Shown here: one piece after another, positions 28,817-36,322 of the stretch
Layout: the number at the start of each line of letters is the position of its first letter
Numbering within the stretch: the stretch's first letter is position 1
Source of the DNA: Armatimonadota bacterium
Lineage (GTDB): Bacteria > Armatimonadota > UBA10988
Direction: 5' to 3'
DNA length: 64,000 bases
Assembly: GCA_016235455.1 (NCBI GenBank)
Contig: JACRKZ010000032.1
Location: forward strand, 1 to 64,000
The notes under the pieces: model-generated
The model's database searches: none
The model's input: the letters and a program-made list of their open reading frames with translations, nothing else
What the model was told of the DNA's origin: nothing
Made by a program: the position numbers and the translations under genes

Positions 28817-31408
28817 ATGCAACGCTACATGCCGCTCGTTCTACTGCTCGCCCTGCCGCTGCGGGCGCAGCCGGTACCGGTCACCCTTGACTCGGCGACC
28901 CGCCACCAGACGATACTCGGCTGGGGCGCCACGGCCGCGCGCATGGATCTGCCCGACCGGCTGCGCGCCGCGGTGCTCGACGAGGCGGTCAACGACCTGG
29001 GCCTGACTCGGCTGCGCTTCGAGATCCCGCGGCGCGAGTGGGAAGACGCGGTCAATGACGACAACGACCCGTACCACGTCAGCCCGGCCGCCTTCCGAAG
29101 CGCCGAGATCGATCGGTTGGCGGAGGATTGGGTACTGCCCTTCAGGCAGCGGGTGGAGGCGCGGCGCGAGCCGTTCAACCTGTACATCAGCCCGTCGTTC
29201 TTCGACGGCGGCAGCTCGGGCACGGCGCCGGCCTGGCTGCTGGGCAGCCCGGCCGAGTACACGGAATGGGCCACCGCCTTCATCGTGCACCTGCGCACCA
29301 AGTACGGCCTGGTGCCCGACCTCTATTCGATCTGCAACGAGGCCGGCAACAACAACGGCTTCGACCCGCGAGCCATGGCGGCCATCGCCCGCGAACTGGG
29401 CCCGGCGCTGGCTCGCCTCGGCCTCAAGACTCGGCTGGAATATCCCGAGTGCGTCAATCCCGAGACTACGGTGCGCTACCTCCAGGCTATCGCCAAGGAC
29501 GAGGACGTCTGGCCGTGGATCGGCGTGCTGTCCTATCACCTCTACGGCGAGTGCAGCACGCGGCCGACGATCCGCGACCTGGGTCTGGCCCGGCATGTGC
29601 CCACCGCGCAGACCGAATTCATGGGCACCACCATCAACGACCTGTACCGCGACCTCACCGACGGCGGCTGCTCCTACTGGGAGCACTATGTGCTGAGTGG
29701 CCGGCAGACCAACGGCCAGGTGCACAACGGCTGCTACCTGGGCACCGAGCCCATGGGCACGGCCTTCGCGCGCTATCCGCACTACTGGATGTTCCGGGCC
29801 GTGATGCACTACGTGCGGCCGGGCGCGGTGCGCATCGCGGCGACGTCGCCGGAGCCCACGGTCGGCTGCCTGGCCTTCGACCAGGGCGGCGGGGTGACGG
29901 CCATCGTGCTCAACACCCGCGGCGGCGGCGACCGCCAGGTGGCGCTCACCGGTCTACCCGCGGGCCGCTATGGCGTGTGCCAGAGCCAGCCCGGCCTGCC
30001 CTATCGCGAACTGGGTGTGCAGACCGTGACCGCGGGCTCACCGCTGTCGCTCAACGTGGCCCGTGACTGCGCGCTCACGGTCTACCCCTACAGCGGGGTC
30101 AACCAGGCGCCGGTCGTGACCGATGCGGTGGCCACTCCGAGCTGGCTGGCGAGCCCCCGCGACGCGCTGATGCTCAGCGCCCAAGGCACCGACGCGGAGT
30201 CCAACGCCATCACCTGGCGCTGGTCGGTCATCGCCCAGCCGGCCGGCGCGGCGGCTGCCCTGGCCAGCCCCGACTCGGCCAAGACCGGCGTGACCGGGCT
30301 GACGGTGCCTGGCGAGTATGGATTCGCGGCAGCCGCCAGCGATGGCGCCGGCACCGGGCGGCGCGAAGTGTGGGTGCGCGTGAACGACCGCAACCAGCCT
30401 CCGTCGACGCCCGACCTGCACTACCGGTTGCCCGTGACGCTGGCCCTGCCGGCCACGCAGACCGAACTGCGCGGCTGGTCGATCGACCCCGAGGGTGATG
30501 CGCTGACCTACGCCTGGACCATCGTCAGCCAACCGGCCGGCGCCGCCGCGCGGCTGGCCACACCTGACAAAGGTCAGACCAAGCTCGATGGGCTGACCAC
30601 CGCGGGCGTCTACCGCTGCCGGCTGACCGCCTCCGACGGCACGAGCACCGTCAGCAACACCATCGACGTCACGGTCCATCCGGACCTCAAGCCACCGGTG
30701 ATCAGCGCCGTGCAGGCCTGGCCGGCAGCCCTGGTGCAGCCAGCCGCCAGCAGCACCCTGACCGTGAGCACCAGCGACCCGCAGGGCGGCGCCGTCACGC
30801 ACTGGTGGTCGGTGCTGGCCGCCCCGGCCGGCGCCAAGCCGTTGTTCACACGTCCGGGCAGTGCCAAGACCGATGTCGCCGGGCTGGAGCTGCCCGGCCA
30901 GTACACCTTCGAAGTGGCCGCCATCAACCAGACCAAAACGACCCGAGGTCGGGTCGCGGTGACGGTGACCGCGTCGGCAACCGCGCCGACTCCGGTTGGC
31001 GCGCAGCCCTTGGTGCCCGGTGTGGTTCCGCCGGGCCAGCCGGGCGGCGCGCAACCCATCGGCGGCCAGCCAGCAGGCGGTCAGCCCGGCGGGGCCGCGC
31101 CAGCCACCACCGGCCAGCCCAGCGACCCGCCCCAACCCACGACGCGCGATGACCGCGTGATCACCGCGCGCGGCTATACGTTGGGGCGCGTGAGCGCGAT
31201 CGGTCCGACCTGGATCGAGGTCACTTCGGATAGCGGAGCCACGGCCCGGTACATCCCCGAGTGGCACGGCGGCATGCCGGCCAACGGCGGCGGGCCGGAC
31301 AAGGCCGTGGTGGCACAGATCCAGGCGCTGGCGGTCGGCGCACGCGTTCGTGCTGATTGGCATGTCAACGACCACATCCGCCTGGAGCAGATCCGGGCCG
31401 TGCCGTAG
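28817..31408 (+). CDS. Secreted GH30-like hydrolase with three PKD/K319L-like repeats and a C-terminal small domain
   Basis: TRHQTILGWG, ICNEA and QTEF clan GH-A motifs; repeats N-Q-x-P...D-x-E...W...QPAG...GL-x-x-(P/A)G-x-Y. Confidence 0.7.
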   Translation: MQRYMPLVLLLALPLRAQPVPVTLDSATRHQTILGWGATAARMDLPDRLRAAVLDEAVNDLGLTRLRFEIPRREWEDAVNDDNDPYHVSPAAFRSAEIDRLAEDWVLPFRQRVEARREPFNLYISPSFFDGGSSGTAPAWLLGSPAEYTEWATAFIVHLRTKYGLVPDLYSICNEAGNNNGFDPRAMAAIARELGPALARLGLKTRLEYPECVNPETTVRYLQAIAKDEDVWPWIGVLSYHLYGECSTRPTIRDLGLARHVPTAQTEFMGTTINDLYRDLTDGGCSYWEHYVLSGRQTNGQVHNGCYLGTEPMGTAFARYPHYWMFRAVMHYVRPGAVRIAATSPEPTVGCLAFDQGGGVTAIVLNTRGGGDRQVALTGLPAGRYGVCQSQPGLPYRELGVQTVTAGSPLSLNVARDCALTVYPYSGVNQAPVVTDAVATPSWLASPRDALMLSAQGTDAESNAITWRWSVIAQPAGAAAALASPDSAKTGVTGLTVPGEYGFAAAASDGAGTGRREVWVRVNDRNQPPSTPDLHYRLPVTLALPATQTELRGWSIDPEGDALTYAWTIVSQPAGAAARLATPDKGQTKLDGLTTAGVYRCRLTASDGTSTVSNTIDVTVHPDLKPPVISAVQAWPAALVQPAASSTLTVSTSDPQGGAVTHWWSVLAAPAGAKPLFTRPGSAKTDVAGLELPGQYTFEVAAINQTKTTRGRVAVTVTASATAPTPVGAQPLVPGVVPPGQPGGAQPIGGQPAGGQPGGAAPATTGQPSDPPQPTTRDDRVITARGYTLGRVSAIGPTWIEVTSDSGATARYIPEWHGGMPANGGGPDKAVVAQIQALAVGARVRADWHVNDHIRLEQIRAVP

Positions 31409-31422
31409 GCCGGACCCAAACA

Positions 31423-31451
31423 AGCAGGCCGGGCGCTGGGCCCGGCCTGCT
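31423..31451. terminator. Probable bidirectional terminator
   Basis: AGCAGGCCGGGC/GCCCGGCCTGCT 12-bp stem between convergent genes. Confidence 0.6.
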
Positions 31452-31517
31452 CTCTGGGGGGGTCGTGTTCTATCTGGTCCTGGCCCGGCCGGCTACGCAG
31501 CCGGGCCAAACTGTGTC

Positions 31518-31949
31518 CTACTGGACGCCCGGCTGCATGGGTTGACCAGGCATGCCGCCACCGGGCATTCCGCCGCCCGGCATGCCGCCGCCGGGCATAC
31601 CCGGCATCTGCGGCGTGGGCATCGGCAGGTCCTTCTGCGCCAGGACCGCCAGGGTCTTGGGGTCGAGCCGGAAGATGCGGTTGCTGATCACCACGTAGAT
31701 GCAGTCTGTCGCTACCGCGATGACCGGAGTGTTATTGGCGCCGGGCGGCATGCCCATCATGGGCATACCCATGCCGGGCATTCCCATGCCCATGCCCATG
31801 CCACCTGGGCGGTTGCCTTGGCCTTGACCGCCCTGGCCTCCGCCAGCCTGGCCGCCCCACGGTCCCTGCGCTACCGCCGCGGCGCACAGGCCGAGCACTA
31901 CCAGCAAGGTCCAGCCGTAAACCGTCTGCTTCTTGCGATCTGCCATCAT
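31518..31949 (-). CDS. Small secreted Met/Gly/Pro-rich protein
   Basis: AGGAG RBS, signal peptide ending AVA, GMGMGMGM and (GGGMP)3 repeats flanking a short beta-strand core. Confidence 0.75.
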   Translation of the reverse strand: MMADRKKQTVYGWTLLVVLGLCAAAVAQGPWGGQAGGGQGGQGQGNRPGGMGMGMGMPGMGMPMMGMPPGANNTPVIAVATDCIYVVISNRIFRLDPKTLAVLAQKDLPMPTPQMPGMPGGGMPGGGMPGGGMPGQPMQPGVQ

Positions 31950-32038
31950 CGTTCTCCTGCTCGCGCTTCAGCCTGGCCTCTGCGGCTGCGCTGATAGATA
32001 GATGGTACCCGAACGCCGTAGCGCTCGGACAGTGTGGC

Positions 32039-32058
32039 GCATGACAATACTGTCATGC
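32039..32058. promoter_or_regulatory. CusR/CopR-box-like palindrome
   Basis: GCATGACA-ATAC-TGTCATGC perfect inverted repeat resembling the E. coli CusR box ATGACAAttTTGTCAT. Confidence 0.7.
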
Positions 32059-32102
32059 ATCCTGGGCTTGAGAGAGTCACTCCTAAGGCATAGAGTTACA
32101 CC

Positions 32103-32789
32103 ATGCGCGTGTTGCTTGTCGAAGATGAAGAGCGCATCGGCCAGTTCGTGCGCCGTGCGCTCACCGAGCAGGGCTTCGTCGTGGACTATCTGGTCGACGG
32201 CGACGAGGCCTGGGCCGCCACGCGTAGCCAGAGCTACGACGCGCTGGTGCTCGACATCATGCTGCCCGGCCGCGATGGCTTGAGCATCCTGCGCAACCTG
32301 CGCGAGCAGCGCGACGCCGTGCCGGTCATTCTGATGACCGCGCGTGGCGAGCTGCACGAACGGCTCGAAGGCCTCAATCTGGGCGCCGACGACTACCTGG
32401 TCAAGCCGTTCTTCGTCGAGGAACTCGTGGCGCGGCTCCATGCCGTCTGCCGCCGCGCGGGCGGTGAGAAGCTCAGCCGCCTGCAGGCCGGCGACCTGAC
32501 GATCGACCTGCTGACGCGCGAGGTGCGCCGCGGCGAGCAGGCCCTCGACCTGACCGGCCGCGAGTTTGCGCTGCTCGAGTACCTGATGCGTCAGCCAGGC
32601 CGCGTCATCCCGCGCACGCAGTTGCTCGGGCATGTCTGGGGCTACGACTTCGATCCCGGCTCCAACCTCGTCGACGTCACGGTGCGTCGGTTGCGCCGCA
32701 AGATAGAGCGGCCCGGCGAAGAGGCGCTGCTGGAGACCGTGCGCGGCGTCGGCTATCGCATGAGGCAGGTCGTGGAGGCCGGTGCATGA
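32103..32789 (+). CDS. OmpR-family response regulator (CusR/CopR-like)
   Basis: MRVLLVED, LDIMLPGRDG, GADDYLVKPF, LTGREFALL, HVWGYDFD, TVRGVGY. Confidence 0.93.
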   Translation: MRVLLVEDEERIGQFVRRALTEQGFVVDYLVDGDEAWAATRSQSYDALVLDIMLPGRDGLSILRNLREQRDAVPVILMTARGELHERLEGLNLGADDYLVKPFFVEELVARLHAVCRRAGGEKLSRLQAGDLTIDLLTREVRRGEQALDLTGREFALLEYLMRQPGRVIPRTQLLGHVWGYDFDPGSNLVDVTVRRLRRKIERPGEEALLETVRGVGYRMRQVVEAGA

Positions 32790-34303
32790 AGCGCCGACTG
32801 TCGTTCCGCGCGCGTATCGCGCTGCTCTCGGCGACCATCTCGGGCCTGGTGCTGGCGCTGTTCGCGCTGGGCTGCTTCGCGCTGGTGCGCAGCGCCGATC
32901 TGGGCTCGGTCGACCGCGATCTGCTGCGCATGGCCCAGCCGCAGGTGGACCGCCGGCTGCCCGACGAGCACTGGCAGCGCATGCAGGCAGCCATCTCAAT
33001 GCTCGGCGGCCCGGAGCAGGACCTGGCCATGATGGTCGTCGACCGCAACGCCCGGCCCATCGTCCAGTCGCCCAACTGGCCACGCCAGTTCAGTGCGTCG
33101 CAGCTGCCCCTGCCCAGCAGCGTCGGTCTGCGCCGCCGTCCGCCGATGCCCATGCAGCCGCCGCCGCCACCACTCGATGGCGGGCCGCCGCCGCTCGACG
33201 GCGGGCCGCCACCGCCCGATGACGAGGTAGGCGGACCGGGCGGACCGGGCGCCGTCATCGACACACGCCCACCGGAGACGGAGACGCGTCACGCCGACGG
33301 CCATGCCTACCGACTGGCGGTGGTGGGCAATGCCGACGTGACGCTGGCCGTGGCGCTGCGGCTCGACCATTTCGAGGCCGGGCAACACCAACTGGCGCTC
33401 GGGCTGCTGCTGGGCTGGCTGGGCGCGCTGCTGGGCATCGGCGCCGGCGGCTGGGTCGTCGCCGAGCAGGCCATGCGCCCGGTCCACAAGATCTCGGCCA
33501 CGGCCGAACGGATCACCGCCAGTCGGCTCGACGCACGCATCAACCCCAGCGGCATGGGCGAGGAGTTTCTCGGTCTGACCAACCTGCTCAACCAGATGCT
33601 CGAGCGCCTGCAGCGCAGCTTCGAGCAGGCCAACCGCTTCTCAGCCGACGCCGCGCACGAACTGCGCACGCCGTTGACCATCCTGCAGGGCGAGCTGGGC
33701 GTTGCCATCCAGGCCGCTCCCGACGGCTCGGAGTTGCAGGAGTCGCTCACCGGCATGCTCGACGAGGTACATCGGCTGGCCGGGCTGGTGCGCAAGCTGC
33801 TGCTACTGGCCGAGGCCGACGCCGGTGAACTGCAGATCGACCGCCGGCGCGTGGACCTGGCGGAACTGGTCCGTGATGCCGCCGAGGACGCGGCCATGCT
33901 GGCTCCGCACCTTAAGGTTGCCGCGCAGATCGAGGTGTCGGCCGTGGTCCTGGGCGATCGCGACCTGATCGGCCAGGTGATCAGCAATCTGGTGACCAAC
34001 GCGGTGCGCTACAACCGGCCCGACGGGCGTGTGGCGCTACGCTTGTCGACCCATGAGCAGACGGCGCGCGTGGTGGTAATCAACACCGGCCCCGGCATCG
34101 CGCCGGAACAGCAAGGCCGCGTGTTCGAGCGGTTCTTCCGCGCCGATCCGTCGCGTACGCGCGCGGCGGGCGGCGTGGGCTTGGGCATGAGCCTGGCGCG
34201 GGAGATCGCCCGCGCACACGGCGGCGATCTGGCCATCGCGGATGGGCGCGCCGATCGGACCGCGTTCGCCCTGACGCTGCCTCTGGCGCCGCCCGGCAGC
34301 TAG
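32786..34303 (+). CDS. HAMP sensor histidine kinase (CusS-like)
   Basis: Two TMs, HAMP, FSADAAHELRTPL H-box, NLVTNAVRY, VFERFFRAD, GVGLGMSL; ATGA overlap with the regulator. Confidence 0.93.
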   Translation: MKRRLSFRARIALLSATISGLVLALFALGCFALVRSADLGSVDRDLLRMAQPQVDRRLPDEHWQRMQAAISMLGGPEQDLAMMVVDRNARPIVQSPNWPRQFSASQLPLPSSVGLRRRPPMPMQPPPPPLDGGPPPLDGGPPPPDDEVGGPGGPGAVIDTRPPETETRHADGHAYRLAVVGNADVTLAVALRLDHFEAGQHQLALGLLLGWLGALLGIGAGGWVVAEQAMRPVHKISATAERITASRLDARINPSGMGEEFLGLTNLLNQMLERLQRSFEQANRFSADAAHELRTPLTILQGELGVAIQAAPDGSELQESLTGMLDEVHRLAGLVRKLLLLAEADAGELQIDRRRVDLAELVRDAAEDAAMLAPHLKVAAQIEVSAVVLGDRDLIGQVISNLVTNAVRYNRPDGRVALRLSTHEQTARVVVINTGPGIAPEQQGRVFERFFRADPSRTRAAGGVGLGMSLAREIARAHGGDLAIADGRADRTAFALTLPLAPPGS

Positions 34304-34452
34304 CGCGCCAGCAGTACCAACAGCGCCATGCAGGCAACAAGATTGGCGGCCAGCCAGCGCGGGTCGGCATCGCCGAGCACCTTGGCAGTCACGCTCAGCA
34401 GCGAGTGCCGAGCAGCGCGACCGGTCCGCATCAACCTCTGTGTCATAGTCAT
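34300..34452 (-). CDS. Putative 50-aa single-pass membrane protein (below the ORF track cutoff)
   Basis: MTMTQRLMRTGRAARHSLLSVTAKVLGDADPRWLAANLVACMALLVLLAR*; C-terminal hydrophobic helix; stop overlaps the kinase stop (CTAG). Confidence 0.4.
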   Translation of the reverse strand: MTMTQRLMRTGRAARHSLLSVTAKVLGDADPRWLAANLVACMALLVLLAR

Positions 34453-35173
34453 GCCCGATTCGAGTCAGATCGCCGACGGGAGTTGCCGGCCATACCGACT
34501 CTTCTGGCACCAGATCCGCCTGGCAGATGGCCAGGATTGGCCCATTCGCCAATGTGACGCAACCGTGAACGGAGTCGCGACTCCAACGCCAAGGCAGAGG
34601 CGCTCGGCGCGCCTCGCGAGGGTTGGCAGATGACCACGGCGACACGAGCGGCGAGCACTACGGTGGCGATGGAAGTAGGCGCGGCCTTGACCCGCCGCAC
34701 GCCTTCCGTCAAGCCCTCGCTGGGCTCGCGGCGCAACGCCTCCGACGACCGCCGACCGCTCTACAACGCGCCCATGAGCGACACCGTTGCCCGCGCCGCA
34801 GCGCTCGGCGTCCACGACACGCCATCCATCTACCACCGCGACCAGCCACGGATCATTGGCGCGCTGTTGGATGCTTACAGCTAGCGCCGCGCCACAGCAG
34901 CCGCTCACGGGACCTGCTGGCGCCGCCTCCGGGCGCACCGGCGGCCCATTGCGTCCCGTCCCTACCGTTCAGACATGCCGCACGCCGCAGTCGCACGCCT
35001 GGCCCTGGCGCGGCTGACCAGATCCACGCCGCATCGCGTCATGTCCGTTGGTCCAATTCCAGTTGATCTTCACACTGCGACATGTTATAGCCCTTCTGTA
35101 AGGCTCATTGCTCGTACGATTCGGCACGCCGGCTATCGTTCCCGGTGATGAGTCGGCCAGAGGGGCCAGCGCG

Positions 35174-36322
35174 ATGAGTTTGGACACCATTGCCGTCATC
35201 TCTGTCGGACCGACGGGCGATGCCCGGGCCAGCCGCATTGCCAGCCACATCCACGACCTGAGCCCGACGACGACCATTGTGGGCGCCGGTGGCAGCCAGC
35301 TGGGCCGCGTCGCCCATCACTTGCTGTGCGACACGTCGCAACTCAGCGTCTGGGACAGCACGGGCCTGACCGCACAGGTCCGCGGGATCACACTGGGCAA
35401 CTACCGCCCACAGGCCTGGGTATTCGTCGATTCCTGGCGTGTGGTGCCCGTGCTGCGGTCGATGGGCCTGCTCGCCAACGGCCATCGGGTGGCCTGCTTC
35501 GGCGCGCTTGACAGGGAGAGCCGACGCGACTGCTCGCCGATCGTCGCTGAGTTCCTGGAAGCGGTGGCCGGCCTCGCCCACGTGTGGGTCAGCACCGACT
35601 ATGACTGGGAGCACGCCCTCCTGGCGGCGTCGGGGCAATGCGATGCCTTCTGGCTGGGCCACTGGGCAGCGCAGGGCGCGCATGACTGGCAACTGAGCCA
35701 TCTGGAGCGTCACAGCAGCAACAGGCTGGTGCTATTGCCAGGCGGGCGCGCGGCTGAGGTCGAGGCGTCGCTGCCGGTCTTCCTGGCCGCGGCGCGCATT
35801 GTCTGCGCGGCACAGCCCCGCCTGATGGCCGCCGTGTGCACCGCGCCCGATGTCGATCCTCACCTGTATGCACGCCTGACAGCCATGCACTTCCCGGTCG
35901 CGGAACTGATCCATGGCACTGGCGCCTCCACCCGCTACCGAGCGATGCATGACTCAGCGGTGGCGTTGGTGTGCAGTGGTACGGCCGCGCTCGAGGCAGC
36001 CATGCTCGGCACACCGATGGTGGTCGCGTACGACGCGCCGCCACACATCAGGCAGCGCTATGTGGCTCGTCGCGCGCTGGGCCAAGTGCCCGAGTTGCTG
36101 TCGCTGCCCAACGTCATTCTCGGCAGCAGCCACGTGCCTGAACTGCTGGCGGAGCCGGCGCCGCAGATCGCGCTGGCAGTGCTGGGCATCCTGCGCGACG
36201 CCTCGGCGGCGGGCCGGGCCATAGAGGTGGCCAACCGACTGGCCGCACAGCTCTGCCCGGCGGGCGCGGAGCGCAGGTTGGTGGCGTTGCTCACGGGCCT
36301 GCTCAAGGTGGAGGGAGACTGA
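35174..36322 (+). CDS. Divergent LpxB-like (GT19) glycosyltransferase
   Basis: VGPTGD...VGAGG, FVDS, LGH, LLPGGRAAEV, SGTAALEAAMLGTPMVVAY, LSLPNVIL..VPEL align with LpxB motifs. Confidence 0.7.
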   Translation: MSLDTIAVISVGPTGDARASRIASHIHDLSPTTTIVGAGGSQLGRVAHHLLCDTSQLSVWDSTGLTAQVRGITLGNYRPQAWVFVDSWRVVPVLRSMGLLANGHRVACFGALDRESRRDCSPIVAEFLEAVAGLAHVWVSTDYDWEHALLAASGQCDAFWLGHWAAQGAHDWQLSHLERHSSNRLVLLPGGRAAEVEASLPVFLAAARIVCAAQPRLMAAVCTAPDVDPHLYARLTAMHFPVAELIHGTGASTRYRAMHDSAVALVCSGTAALEAAMLGTPMVVAYDAPPHIRQRYVARRALGQVPELLSLPNVILGSSHVPELLAEPAPQIALAVLGILRDASAAGRAIEVANRLAAQLCPAGAERRLVALLTGLLKVEGD

